From: Eledone cirrhosa
Taxonomy: Eukaryota
Direction: 5' to 3'
Length of the DNA stretch: 64,000 nucleotides
Assembly: GCA_964016885.1 (NCBI GenBank)
Contig: OZ024740.1
Location: 396,676,001-396,740,000, forward strand
Shown here: positions 1-13,500 of the stretch, one piece after another
How the letters are laid out: each line of letters begins with the position of its first letter
How positions within the stretch are numbered: the stretch's first letter is position 1
Program-made: the position numbers and the translations under genes
The notes under the pieces: model-generated
Databases searched by the model: none
Seen by the model: the letters and a program-made list of their open reading frames with translations, nothing else
What the model was told of the DNA's origin: nothing

Positions 1-3000
1 CATCATACAAAATACATTGGTAGCACATCATACAAAATACATTGGTAGCACATCATAATACAATATACATTGGTAGCACATCATCATACAAAATACATTG
101 GTAGCACATCATACAAAATACATTGGTAGTACATCATCATACAAAATATAAATTGGTAGCACATCATCATACAAAATATAAATTGGTAGCACATCATCAT
201 ACAAAATATAAATTGGTAGCACATCATCATACAAAATATAAATTGGTAGCACATCATCATACAAAATATAAATTGGTAGCACATCATCATACAAAATATA
301 CATTGGTAGCACATCATATAAAAAACATTGGTAGCACATCATCATGCAAAATATACATTGGTAGCACATCATGCAAAATATACATTGGTAGCACATCATC
401 TTACAAAATATACATTGGTAGCACATCATACAAAATACATTGGTAGCACATCATCATACAAAATACATTGGTAGCACATCATCATACAAAATACATTGGT
501 AGCACATCATCATACAAAATACATTGGTAGCACATCATCATACAAAATACATTGGTAGCACATCATCATACAAAATACATTGGTAGCACATCATCATACA
601 AAATACATTGGTAGCACATCATCATACAAAATATACATTGGCACATCATATAAAAAACATTGGTAGCACATTATCATACAAAATATACATTGGTAGTACA
701 TCATACAAAATACATTGGTAGTACATCATCATACAAAATACATTGGTAGCACATCATCATACAAAATATACATTGGTAGTACATCATACAAAATACATTG
801 GTAGTACATCATCATACAAAATACATTGGTAGCACATCATCATACAAAATATACATTGGCACATCATATAAAAAACATTGGTAGCACATTATCATACAAA
901 ATATACATTGGTAGCACATCATCATACAAAATACATTGGTAGCACATCATCATACAAAATACATTGGTAGCACATCATCATACAAAATACATTGGTAGCA
1001 CATCATCATACAAAATATACATTGGCACATCATATAAAAAACATTGGTAGTACATCATCATACAAAATATACATTGGTAGTACATCATACAAAATACATT
1101 GGTAGTACATCATCATACAAAATACATTGGTAGCACATCATCATACAAAATATACATTGGCACATCATATAAAAAACATTGGTAGTACATCATCATACAA
1201 AATATACATTGGTAGTACATCATACAAAATACATTGGTAGTACATCATCATACAAAATACATTGGTAGCACATCATACAAAATACATTGGTAGCACATCA
1301 TCATACAAAATACATTGGTAGCACATCATACAATATACATTGGTAGCACATCATCATACAAAATACATTGGTAGTACATCATCATACAATATACATTGGT
1401 AGCACATCATACAAAATACATTGGTAGTACATCATCATACAAAATATACATTGGTAGCACATCATCATACAAAATACATTGGTAGCACATCATACAATAT
1501 ACATTGGTAGCACATCATCATACAAAATACATTGGTAGTACATCATCATACAATATACATTGGTAGCACATCATACAAACTACATTGGTAGTACATCATC
1601 ATACAAAATATACATTGGTAGCACATAATCATACAATATACATTGGTAGCACATCATACAAACTACATTGGTAGTACATCATACAAAATACATTGGTAGT
1701 ACATCATCATACAAAATACATTGGTAGCACATCATACAAAATACATTGGTAGCACATCATAATACAATATACATTGGTAGCACATCATCATACAAAATAT
1801 ACATTGGTAGCACATCATCATACAAAATATACATTGGTAGCACATCATACAAAATACATTGGTAGTACATCATCATACAAAATACATTGGTAGCACATCA
1901 TACAAAATACATTGGTAGCACATCATCATACAAAATACATTGGTAGCACATCATCATACAAAATACATTGGTAGCACATCATACAAAATACATTGGTAGC
2001 ACATCATAATACAATATACATTGGTAGCACATCATCATACAAAATATACATTGGTAGCACATCATACAAAATACATTGGTAGCACATCATCATACAAAAT
2101 ACATTGGTAGCACATCATCATACAAAATACATTGGTAGCACATGATACAAACTACATTGGTAGTACATCATCATACAAAATATACATTGGTAGCACATCA
2201 TACAAACTACATTGGTAGCACATCATCATACAAAATACATTGGTAGCACATCATACAAAATACATTGGTAGCACATCATACAAACTACATTGGTAGCACA
2301 TCATAATACAATATACATTGGTAGCACATCATCATACAAAATACATTGGTAGTACATCATCATACAATATACATTGGTAGCACATCATCATACAAACTAC
2401 ATTGGTAGCACATCATCATACAAACTACATTGGTAGTACATCATACAAACTACATTGGTAGTACATCATCATACAAAATATACATTGGTAGCACATCATA
2501 ATACAAAATATAAATTGGTAGCACATCATCATACAAAATATACATTGGCACATCATATAAAAAACATTGGTAGTACATCATCATACAAAATATACATTGG
2601 TAGTACATCATACAAAAAACCTTGGTAGCACATCATACAAAATATACATTGGTAGCACATCATGCAAAATATAAATTGGTAGAACATCATCATACAAAAT
2701 ACATTGGTAGTACATCATCATACAAAATATACATTGGTAGTACATCATACAAAAAACCTTGGTAGCACATCATACAAAATATACATTGGTAGCACATCAT
2801 GCAAAATATAAATTGGTAGAACATCATCATACAAAATACATTGGTAGCACATCATCATACAAAATACATTGGTAGCACATCATCATGCAAAATACATTGG
2901 TAGCACATCATACAAAATATATTTTGGTAGCACATCATCATACAAAATACATTGGTAGCATATCATCATACAAAATACATTGGTAGCACATCATACAAAA

Positions 3001-3498
3001 TATATTTTGGTAGCACATCATCATACAAAATATATTGGTAGCACATCATCATACAAAATACATTGGTAGCACATCATAATACAATATACATTGGTAGCAC
3101 ATCATACAAAATATACATTGGTAGCACATCATACAAAATATACATTGGTAGCACATCATACAAAATACATTGGTAGTACATCATCATACAAAATACATTG
3201 GTAGCACATCATACAAAATATATTTTGGTAGCACATCATCATACAAAATACATTGGTAGCACATCATACAAAATATACATTGGTAGCACATCATACAAAA
3301 TATACATTGGTAGCACATCATACAAAATATACATTGGTAGCACATCATACAAAATATACATTGGTAGTTCATTATACAAAAGATACATTGGTAGTACATC
3401 ATACAAAAGATACATTGGTAGCACATCATCATACAAAAAATACATTGGTAGCACATCATCATACAAAAAATACATTGGTAGCACATCATCATACAAAA
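1..3498. repeat. Tandem satellite/minisatellite array, 25-30 bp monomer (CATTGGTAGCACATCATCATACAAAATA and variants), truncated by window start
   Basis: Continuous head-to-tail monomers; length variants arise from one vs two extra CAT and AAAATA vs AAAATATA; array ends at about 3498. ORFs called here are repeat artefacts. Confidence 0.97.
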
Positions 3499-5403
3499 AA
3501 TTTAAAACCAAAGCAAGACCAGTAGAATATACACATATATTTGTGTACATATGTATGTGTGGGTGGGTGTATGGGTGGGTGGGTGTATGTGTATGGTTGT
3601 ATATATAGATATGTAAAAAATGATACAAGTTTGTATGTATATTGGAGTGTGATTGTATCAAAATGGCACTATCAAAATTACTTTTTTTAGTGGGTTTTAG
3701 AACCATTTTAGGAATTGCTTTATTTTGCTGCTTTTGGAGTTTTATATTTTTGCTTAAGGTATTTTATACTAATATATTATTCAGGCATAAAGATTCTTCG
3801 GAGGAGATTATCTTGAAAATATGCTATGTTCCTGAATTATATTGGTGGAATTCTGAGATTTTATTCAATCTTTATTACATATCTCTGACAATAAATAAAA
3901 CATTACTCTAAGATATAATCTTAGGAAAAACTTTGCAGATATCAATTTTGAAACAAGGCCAAACTATTTCTTGTTTCATGTGGATTACTGAAACGTATGA
4001 GTCAAAACTGAAATGTTTTAGTTAAATCTATCGATTTTTATGGCTCATCAAAAGATGTTATAAATATTCATGCATTAGAGGGTCAAAATCCCATCATCTG
4101 CAGAGAATAACTTGAATGATTTCCAAAAAGAAGTTGACTACTTCTTTTATTCAGACAAGAAAATAGCATTTATTTCTTTTTTATTGTTGCTAATTTTGTC
4201 AGTTCAGTACTGTCATAGCTCCACATCACTATGATCGATCATAACATAACAACCATCACTAGCTATTAAGGATATTGCCATTCAATGTAATATAGCCAAA
4301 CTTTCTTTTTTGTCAGAATTTTCTCATTGATAATTAGTAATGGTTTATAGGGTGATATCAAAAGCTATCAAAGAGCTGTGAGCATGTGACCTGGTTTTCA
4401 TTTCTGTTTGAAGCTACTTTTGCTTCTGTTAACCTTAGGAAAAGCCTATAAGCTACAACTTCCATGTAATGCTCACAAACCATTTAAAATCTTAAACTTT
4501 ATGTACACTTAGAGAAAGCAACAGTAAGCTATACAAGGCTGCTTTCTCTGGAACATTATAAACAGTGTCACTGTAAGGTATGATGAGAAATATATGTTCT
4601 ATAGTTATTAAAGAGTGTTAGAGAAAGGAATGAAGAAAAGGTTGAGAGATGCTTCAGATAAAGATTTACCAGATTTTGTTTTGGTAAACTTTAAGATGAA
4701 GGGGGCTTTCTGCTTAAATATTTTGTGGCAATAGTCATAAAATGCCAGACATGGGAACTGCTTCTGCATAAATTCTACACTAGAAAATATGCCTATGAAA
4801 ACTTCTGCCATGTTAGGTGACAGCAAACTATTGTCATTACATGTTATAGGCATTGAAAGCAAGATTTTAACAGCTGAAGAAAGATTCTCACAGATCTTCA
4901 AATACTATTTAAGGACAGGAGTGATAACTGAGAAAATATCTCTCTCAAAATATACTGGATAATGGATTTTAATTGTAGTTAACTTCATATCACTGATTTG
5001 GCTTGGTTATAGGAAATAGTTTAATCTAGTGCATTGACGAAAAGTCACATGATTGAGCCCATCTTTCTTCAAGCTATATAATATGACCAAATTACAGGTA
5101 TGATGCAAATTGAACTTGTGGTCTAGACTTAGATTGTCAGGAATTTACCACCACATTATCATAATATATATAAAAATCTTTGCCAATTGATCAAGCAAGC
5201 TTGATTAGATTATATCATCCTGATGAGGTCAAATAGCCCCCAAAATTCCCATAGTATTAAATCGATTATAGCCTTCACTTACATGTTGTAACCTTGTGTC
5301 AATGATCATTAAGAAATTAGTAATTTCATCATCATCATCTTCGTTTAACGTCCATCTTCCACGCTAGCATGGGTTAGACGGATTTATGGAGAGAAATTAT
5401 TAA

Positions 5404-5597
5404 AATAATTGTTTCTGATTTAGGCCAGCAATTTGGAGGGAGGGGAAAGTCGATTAAATCGATTACTGCTGCTTTATTTTATCGACCCTGTAAGGATGAA
5501 AGGCAAAGCTAATCTCACCTGGATCAGAACGCAAAGTAACTCTATGCCACGAAGCATGGTGTCCAACACTCTAACGATGCTGCCAATCCACCACCCT
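5404..5597 (-). mobile_element. tRNA-derived SINE, family B (degenerate)
   Basis: Reverse complement of the family seen at 47408 and 59092: GGTGGATTGGCAG head, GCCTTTCATCCTTACAGGGTCGATAAAATAAAG central block, GCTGGCC..AGAAACAATTATT tail. Confidence 0.85.
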
Positions 5598-5850
5598 AGG
5601 TTTTTACATACAATTTGGATGGTTTAAAAATATACAGTTTTGTAGCATGGAATTATGAGTAGGTTCAGATAATTTGGTATCAAAAGGGTTAAAGGATTAT
5701 ACTTGGGATTTCTTTATCACAACAGTTTAATCAATTGAAAAGTTATCAATTACAGAACCAAAATAGACAAGATTGTTAGACCAGAGAAATATGATATTCC
5801 AAAAATCTCTCCTCTCAAAGTTTGGATAAGGCAATTCAAGTATTTCTTAA

Positions 5851-6044
5851 CCCTTTAACATTTAGATTATTCCATATTTACTATTGTTTTTTCACAGTAA
5901 ACACTTTATTTCATATAATTATTCCTCATAATATCGAATCTACAAGATTTTGATATTATTTATTTTGAGAACAATACCTTAACATACGTATGAGCAGCTA
6001 GTTATGGTTGGTTTCAACAGAAAGAGGGTTTAAATGCTAAAGGG
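5851..6044. mobile_element. piggyBac-type MITE (TTAA target site)
   Basis: TTAA|CCCTTTAACATTTA ... TAAATGCTAAAGGG|TTAA terminal inverted repeats with TTAA on both sides; related copies at 7216, 7941 and about 58716. Confidence 0.85.
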
Positions 6045-6699
6045 TTAATCCCAATAAACTAGAGCCTTTGTTCCCACATTCTGAACCTAACATCCAGCTA
6101 AAATTGCTGTCTGTCAAAAATATAACAGGGATGGGCTATTGCCTGCTGATCAGATAGCCACATTTCTACTGACCCCAAATCTGGGCCTTTTCTTCCCTTA
6201 TTCAATCTGGATTTATTTCTATGTCATCTGCATGTTCTGTTACCGTATTCCTTATCATTTCTATGATAATAGCAAACAATAATGATGAGGAAATCTTAAA
6301 ATTCACAGCTGTAGACAGATATGAAAATTTCTCTTGTTAAAAATAGCTATTCAACCTGAAAATATATTAAAAAGGAAGTACTGTTTCTATGGCTAATTCC
6401 ATACTAATGGATTTTGTATTACTAAAATATTGATAAAAGATAGATTACTATATATATACTTGTGTATAAATTACACCTTTTTTGGACAAAACTATGATGT
6501 AAAAAACTTGCAGCTTATCTACTGGGTCTACAAAATCTCAATTGAAATATAAGGTACAATGTAAATGCTATATGTAAAATGCAAGTGCCAATTATTTACC
6601 GGTGTGACTTATATGCATGTATATATGATATATAAAAATGTATAACTTTCTGTTCCTCCACAATTGTATACTGATGTGATTGTCAGTATCATCATCATT

Positions 6700-7215
6700 A
6701 TAACCTTTTATAGTTAGCAGCGGTAGTAACTCCCTGAACTTTCTCCAACCTGTTCTCACTCTGGCTACTGTGTTTTTAGAACACCTTCCCCCACTGCTAA
6801 TTTGGTCATCCAGGTAACAGAAATTATCTATTACTTCTACAGAGCCCTCAGGGCATTTGAATGAGCTTGTTTTCTGTGGGCTCTTGCTACTTACTGCATC
6901 TGGGCATTGGTCACATGTAAAACCTACGTTCTTTGCTAACCTGCCTGAGATCCCACTACATATCTTGTGTATCTATAATTTGCATTTGGGACATAGGATG
7001 GAATTTATACCTACTCCTTTTCTGCATACTGAGGGAATCTGGGCCCTGTTTACCTTTCTTTATACTAGAACGTTGGTCTGACAAATTAACTTTAAAACCT
7101 TTTGATTCTAGGCCATGCTTCCAGGTCTAGAATTTCTTCTCTAATTCTGCTATAGATTCAGCTATAAGGGTTAAGTCACCTGTTTACAGAAGTTCCCATG
7201 GGTAGCCAGTCTTAA
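6700..7215 (-). mobile_element. RTE-clade LINE fragment (RT C-terminal half with Cys/His finger), degenerate
   Basis: Minus strand reads KTGYPWELL...KGVGINSILCPKCKL...CPEGSVEVIDNFCYLDDQISSGGRC, homologous to the 43174-44160 ORF. Confidence 0.88.
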
Positions 7216-7380
7216 CCCATTAGCATTTACATTACTCTATATTTACTATTTTCATGGTAATATCGAATCGATGAGATTTTGATATTATTTATTCTGAGGA
7301 CAATAGCTTAACATCAGAATGAGCAGCCAGTTATGGTCAGTTTGAACAGAAAGAGATGAGAGAATTCTGGCCAGATATGG
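7216..7380. mobile_element. Truncated copy of the piggyBac-type MITE
   Basis: Starts TTAA|CCCATTAGCATTTAC and is collinear with 5851-6044; right TIR missing, abutted by a SINE. Confidence 0.7.
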
Positions 7381-7390
7381 AAAGACGAAT

Positions 7391-7728
7391 GGAGGCACAT
7401 GGCTTAGTGGTTAGAACATTGGCCTTGCAATCGAAAGGTTGTGAGTTCAATTCTCAGACCGGGTGATGTGGTGTTTCCTTGAGGAAGACACTTTATTTCA
7501 CAATTGCTCCAGTTTGCTCAGCTGTAGAAATGAGATGATAGGGTCTGGTGTCCCTATCATTCCACTGCAAAGTGGTCGTGGAGGTGCCACGGCAAAAAAG
7601 CACCCAGCACTTACTGTAAATGAGGTTGGTGTTGGGAAGGGCATCCAGCTGTAGAAATCAAGCCAAAATCAGTTCCTGTCCCACCCTTGCAAGCAGGGAA
7701 AAGCGGACGTAAAATGAAATGAAAATGA
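7391..7728 (+). mobile_element. tRNA-derived SINE, family A (RTE-type 3' tail)
   Basis: A box TGGCTTAGTGG, B box GAGTTCAATTC, CCTTGAG..AAGACACTT central block, tail AAAAAGCACCCAGCAC..GGAAGGGCATCCAGCTGTAGAAA..GGACGTAAAATGA; near-identical to 56621, 59319, 60935. Confidence 0.92.
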
Positions 7729-7940
7729 TACACATATTCCAAGCAGCCAGAGATTTGTATAAATTTACTCAAGTTTCTATAGGTGTTACAAATTGTGTAT
7801 TGATGTTCAAGTGATACAGTCATCAGTGAATTTATCAATGAAAATAATCTTAAATGACACCTATTTATATTTTGATAATTTTTGTTTGTTTATAGTAAAA
7901 CAAAACCAGCGAATGATACCAATCATTCAAATTCCTTTAA

Positions 7941-8142
7941 CCCTTTAGCATTTAAACTGGCCATATCTGGTCACAATTCTCTCACTACTTTCTGTTCAAA
8001 CCGGCCATTTATACTGACATTAAGGTATTGTCGCAAAATAAATAATAACATCAAAATCTCATAGATTCCATATTATGTGAGATAATTATGTGAGATAAAA
8101 CCTTTAGCGTGAAAATATAATAGTAATGTAAATGCTAAAGGG
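7941..8142. mobile_element. piggyBac-type MITE (TTAA target site)
   Basis: TTAA|CCCTTTAGCATTTA ... TAAATGCTAAAGGG|TTAA; same family as 5851-6044, opposite orientation. Confidence 0.88.
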
Positions 8143-8883
8143 TTAAAGCTACTTAATATAATAATCTGGCCTTAAATAAACATAAATGTAAATATAATCT
8201 AACATCTATTATCTTTTTAAGTTATTCTTTGAGTGAAATTATTTCCCACAGAGAACTATGTCTTGACTCAGAACACCTTCACCATATACAAGAGCTATCT
8301 ATACTTCAAAATATCAAAGAATTACTATGAGTATTTGGGTTCTTTGCATACTACACAAAACAGATTCCTTTACATTCTTCAAAAATTAGGCTCTTAATGT
8401 AAATTTCTATCTATTTGAGGATACTGTAACATATTAATTCTGTTAAACAGGCAGCTGTGTGCACTATTGATAGTGATTTTCCTATTATTATTGAAACATA
8501 TGCTACTGATGAAATTATTACTGCAACATTATCACAAGATAGCAAACTGTGGTCCTTAAATAATTCTTAAAAAAAAAAAAAAATTTATCATATGTTTGAA
8601 AAAGAAGTTAATGCAGTTATAGAAAGTGGGAAAATAGAAACATTTCAGAAAATATTTTAACTTAATAACAGATGAAAGGTGCATTTCATTTATGAGTAAT
8701 TATAAAATGAATGGAAAAATAAAAGGTGATAAAATCCAATGCTGAAGAATAAAAGTTTCTCTATAGGCCTGACTCAGAGTATCTTTCAGCCAATATTTTG
8801 TTTTGTACTTATGCTACTACTTCAACTATAAATTTAGAATTACTACAGAATTCTTTAATACATCCTAGTATAACAAGAATGCT

Positions 8884-9075
8884 TCATCATTGTTGTCCTT
8901 TTACGTCCTTTTTCCTTACCTAAATGGATTGGACGGATTGTTATGTTCTGAGATTTGACAGGTCAGATGACCACATCATGTTCATATGTTTCATTTTGGC
9001 TCGGTTTCTATGGCTTGATGCCCTTCTTAATGCCAACCACTTTACAGCATTGATTGGGTGCATTTTATTAGTACT
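8884..9075 (-). mobile_element. RTE-tail-related retroelement fragment
   Basis: Reverse complement contains GTGGTTGGCATTAAGAAGGGCATCAAGCCATAGAAACC and GGACGTAAAA..ATGATGA, matching the RTE 3' UTR at 11560-11740. Confidence 0.6.
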
Positions 9076-10359
9076 TCATTTTATAAATGTAAATGACCTA
9101 CTACTTTCTGTCAAAGAACTAGGAAGTCTACACCAATTGCCATGTATGCAATAAAAGTAAACCTTTTATAAAAGCTACTTATTTAGTTGAATGCTTGTCA
9201 ATAGTCTTTTCCTCATTCTAATAATATAAATGCATGCTTGCTATAATTGATGAATTTTCTAATTTTGCCTTCACCTAATCATGTCATGATATAAGTACTT
9301 CTGTTGTTAGAAACTACGTAATTCATCTCTTCACTGTTTTGAAAACTCAATGCCTATTTATTCAGACAGGATGTGAAGAGTGTTCCTCTGTGTCTTCTGA
9401 TTTGAAATGATTCTTTAATAGCCATGGTATTTCAACAAGTTGTACAACCCCAAATAAACCCTTGGGAAACTTGTAGTTTGGAACTCTATAAGGTTAGCCA
9501 TTGAATGTAAAAAATTAAACATTTCACAATAGTCACTGTATTACAGGATGCTCTATATGATATAAAGTTACTATGTACTGCTCTCAATAAGACACCTCAC
9601 AAAAGTCCCTTCTCATTTTCTAGAAACACTTTTACTGGGCCAACATTCCACACTTGGCTTTTGAAGCTTGGTACAGTTATCTGCATCATCATGTATGTAA
9701 TTTAAAGATTGCATTGCTAGTGGAATCTATACAACTTCTAGAGGCTAATCACAATTGTACTTATGTCAGCTTCATAAATGGCAGAGAAATTAAGACATAG
9801 TTTCTATAAGATGTCTAGTTTCCTTCAGATGAAATAGACATGAAGTTATGCCAGTTCAATCTTAAGTGGTAAATAGTCCGACAAGGGATCAAGAAAAATG
9901 TAAAATAGATTAAAATCATTATATTCTTGTTGACATCTATGCCTACATCTGACAGTCCTAACCCTTTTATGGGGAATTCTGAATGTATATGATGTCATAA
10001 ATTATCAGTAACATTAACATCGCATGATTCATAATAGAGGTGTATATCAAGGCATATACACTATGTTTATGTATAATGAAAATATATAACTTTTGCTCTG
10101 ATGGCAGCTTAAAACATTCATAGTGAGATATATGTTTATTATATACATATCGTATAATCTTTTATATACATCTCTATGATATCATCGATGAATAAGAATT
10201 TGTAAACATGTTGAGGGTTTACATTTGAAATACTATTTTTAATAAATTGTGGTTATATTGCTTTGATTGGTTGCATAATATTACTTTTATAACTAACATG
10301 ATCTTGAAAACTGATATGTTTAATACTGTAATAGGTTTAATATGATAAATGATGCTAAA

Positions 10360-10558
10360 AAGTGGACATGTAAAAGACACGGCAAAAGTCACCCAGCACA
10401 CACTGTCAATGTGGTTGGCATTAGGAAGAGCCCCCGGTCATAGTAAACCAGCCAGAAAAACCCCTATATCAGCGAGACATGGTCACCCGACCCAACTTGC
10501 CCCTAAATGGGACCTGACTAACCCATGCTAGCATGGAAGATAGACGTTAATTGATGAT
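10360..10558 (+). mobile_element. RTE 3' UTR / SINE tail fragment
   Basis: ACCCAGCACACACTGT..GTGGTTGGCATTAGGAAG..AACCCATGCTAGCATGGAA..GACGTTAA..GATGAT, similar to 44790-44983. Confidence 0.7.
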
Positions 10559-11149
10559 ACATGGGTAGTAGCAATTTATTAAGTGGGAAAACATAAAAAC
10601 TGCTTATAGATACAAAATTGAAAGGTTTAGGCTGAGATGAGAATTAGTCCGTCATTTGTAAGTTTTATACTTAAAATGTTGTATTGATCTTGACTATTTG
10701 ATGGTTGTTTCTAATGTGTTACAGATGCTTCTATGAAATGTTATTAAATACTAACTTATAAGCTTGATTGATAGAAAAATCCCTAAACAATTGGATGCAT
10801 TGATTAATGTAATCCTTTTTACATCTAGAATTAAATGTTGATATATCTATGAATAGACAATCCTTATTTTATATTTGACCAACTCAACATTGCTGTCCCA
10901 GTGATGCAGGCCCAAACAGAGAGGGGAAGCATTCTCTGGTGTGTGGGAATCCATGTGTATGTTTCCTTGTGGTCTTAGCAGACAGAATGGAGAAACCAAA
11001 CTGCTTATCTATAAAACTGCTATGTATCCTACAACTTTTTCTGGTACCACACCAGCTATGCCTGTTACTGATATATGACTTCTTAAATTGATCAAAGGAT
11101 TATATCTGGAACTTACTTCATCACAACTCAACTCATTGCAAACCACATT

Positions 11150-11740
11150 ATTAGAGAGAGACTGAGCATAAGAGGAATCAAATGCTGCGTGCAGGAGAGG
11201 CGGTTACGCTGGTATGGACATGTGATGCGTATGAAGGATGACAGCTGCATAAAAAGGTGCAGAGCACTAGAAGTTGATGGAAACCGCGGAGTGGGGAGAC
11301 CCAAGATGACTTGGGATGAGGTGATAAAAGCCGACCTTACCCAACTACACCTCTCAAAGTCAATGACACACGACCGTGACTTCTGGCGTCACGCAGTAAT
11401 ACAGGGTACCCGACCTCCCATGGGTACATGCTGAAGCATATAAACAATATGCCCCCCCCCCCCCCCACCGCAAGGTGGTCGTGGAGGTGCCACGGCAAAA
11501 AAGCACCCAGCCCACACTGTAAAGTGGACGTGTAGGCGCCACGAAAAAGCACCCAGCACTCACTGTAAATGAGGTTGGTGTTAGGAAGGGCATCCAGCTG
11601 TAGAAATCAAGCCAGATCAGTTCCTGTATGAGCAAGGCATGGTCAGCCGACCAGACACTGCCCACAACAGGACAACCCGTCTAACCCATGCTAGCGTGGA
11701 AGAACGGACGTAAAACGGTGATGATGATGATGATGATGAT
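11150..11740 (+). mobile_element. 5'-truncated RTE LINE (ORF C-terminus, 3' UTR, (GAT)n tail)
   Basis: ORF 11189-11434 QERRLRWYGHVMRMKDDSCIKRC...GVGRPKMTWDEVI, typical RTE C-terminus; ends in GATGATGAT; paralogous to 44167-44983. Confidence 0.93.
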
Positions 11741-12318
11741 TATCCAGTGTGTTCTTTTCTAAGATGGTTGGGTGAGATCTTTGAGGGATATTTGGTTGCT
11801 CTGGTGATGACTAAAAAAGGACAACTAAATAATATATTCATATCATCATCTTTGTAAACATATGTTCTAGGCATCTGGTAATGGCAAGAATATATTGTTG
11901 TTTTATCTAAACAATTTAATAGTTTTTGATATATGTTTAAATTTCTAAAAATGCTTGAAAGGTATTATTTCAATAGAATAGTTTAAAACATCCTAGTGAG
12001 GTTTCAATTTAAATATGTGAAAACAAAAGTAAAAAAATAGAAGCCTTTTCTATTGTCTGCCGGGGCTGTGGGGTGGCCAGCACATGGGTCCCCATTTCCT
12101 CATAATAGTGAAATAGTGAGAGATGGGGAGAGCAGGAGAGATGGAGGCAGTGAGAGTGGGAGTTTGATTCCTTTATGTTCAGACCTGGTGTATATATGTA
12201 GGTTTCATGGCCACTCTCTTCACACACACAACCACATCATATGTGTTGATATACATCTTTGGTGTAAATATATATGCAGTTTAATTGAAGTTTATATAAA
12301 TGAGTTAAAAGTACATAC

Positions 12319-12516
12319 TTTGAGGATCAAGGATCTCTGGAAATCTCAGGCACTTCAGGCATTTTGGTAGTTTTAATTGGCAACAACAAAGTTTTACGAG
12401 CAGGTCACTATCTGCATTTGACACAGATCCACTGCCCTGGGAGCTGATAGGTAAAAATGATCCCAAAATTTGTTGTCGGGAAGATTTTTCATCGTCATTA
12501 TCATCTTTTGATGCTA
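12319..12516 (-). CDS. CNGB1: Cyclic nucleotide-gated channel beta subunit (CNGB1/CNGB3/TAX-2-like), internal coding exon just before S1
   Basis: Acceptor cttttctttttcttatcttacag, donor CAAA|gtatgt; 198 nt, phase 1/1, open: (V)ASKDDNDDEKSSRQQILGSFLPISSQGSGSVSNADSDLLVKLCCCQLKLPKCLKCLRFPEILDPQ. Resembles the vertebrate CNGB1 pre-S1 segment LCCKF...FPQSIDP (from recall). Confidence 0.88.
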
Positions 12517-13089
12517 CTGTAAGATAAGAAAAAGAAAAGATAAATTTTTTTGTTTTAACATATTTTACTTGAATTTTATAAATTTATGATGCAATATCCA
12601 TCATCTCAAAATACAAAAATAATACTTCCAGGAGATATAAAGCTAAAATTAACCTGACAGAACTTGAATGCAGAAACAGAAGGCATCAAATTTAGATAAA
12701 GATAAAGTAGTGGTTTTCAACCTTTCTTTACATATAACCCCTTTGATTCTGGTCGACCCCAAAAGCCATTTGATGTTTAAAAATTCCTATTTTTTTAACA
12801 AAGACATGATATATATCTGGTGAAAGGCTTCATTATCAGCCGATGGGAGGGCTCAGATCAGATGGGTGATAAAGATGATAAGGAGGTGATTAATATGAAC
12901 TGCTACAAAACTGTAGTTGATTTTGAACAAATAACATCTAAAATCTGAAAAATTATCTGTATAAAGAAATCACTGCTGACAATCATAGCTTAGCTTTGTG
13001 AATGAAAATTCATTAACTACTGTCTCACAGTTGGCAAATGAGGCAAATATGGGATAGGAAAGCCCAGCTACAGTGCCTGCAAGGGAAAT

Positions 13090-13500
13090 TCTGTTCTGGG
13101 TTTGGTATTGCTGTGTAATGGTTCTTTCTTGATCTTTGTCCTCAAGGCTTTCACCAGTGTTGCCTGCACCTCATCTTCAATATCCACTGGAGAAATTTTG
13201 TTAACTTCATTACCAATAAAACAGTCCTTGGACAAATTGAGGTCACCAGAATTGGAGATTATGCTATTAAAAGCACAAGGCAAGTATGTTTCCATAGTGG
13301 AAATTTATCACTCACTGAAGATTGAGCTATATGGTGAACTCTTTGCTGGCCACGCTGAGAGAGAAAAATACCCAAAAGAAGGTACCATAGAATTTCTGAA
13401 TAAATTCGATGGTATCTGCCACATTGATCCCCATCAGTGGTCTACTATAGCTTCCAGTCATGTGGACTGGTGACACTCACTTCACTGCTGGTTGTACATT
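13090..13500 (+). mobile_element. RTE (BovB-like) LINE 3' fragment, frameshifted
   Basis: Frames read GFHQCCLHLIFNIHWRNFV...MLLKAQ...LYGELFAG...CHIDPHQWSTIASSHVDW, matching the RTE/BovB C-terminal FHQRCLR..I.W / LYGEL / W..LA..R..W pattern. Confidence 0.75.

Noticed and set aside
1-3498. CRISPR-like regular repeats
   Set aside because: No unique spacers, no cas genes, eukaryotic context.
84-3706. ORFs with MMCYQ/VAHHHTKY/YDDVLP repeats
   Set aside because: They are translations of the satellite; frames break whenever monomer length changes, and there are no splice or start signals.
4560-5200. Coding-like stretch (..AMLGDSKLLSLHVIGIESK..) after a ttctatag acceptor-like site
   Set aside because: Stops in all frames; probably a decayed DNA transposon, but I cannot assign a family from sequence alone.
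5218-5260. CTGATGAGG..CC motif resembling a hammerhead
   Set aside because: No GAAA, stem III or stem I; similar isolated CTGATGA hits at about 8506, 20346 and 23664 also lack the fold.
7391-7465. tRNA gene
   Set aside because: A/B boxes belong to SINE heads; no complete cloverleaf, and the sequence continues into the SINE body in multiple copies.
3500-12300. Next CNGB exon (S1-S2, expected ..Y..WL....A..YN.W.IPLR..FPYQ)
   Set aside because: I could not find it on the minus strand here; it presumably lies beyond the window's left edge.
13102-13473. 123-aa ORF as a host gene
   Set aside because: It is a frameshifted RTE/BovB-like LINE C-terminus.
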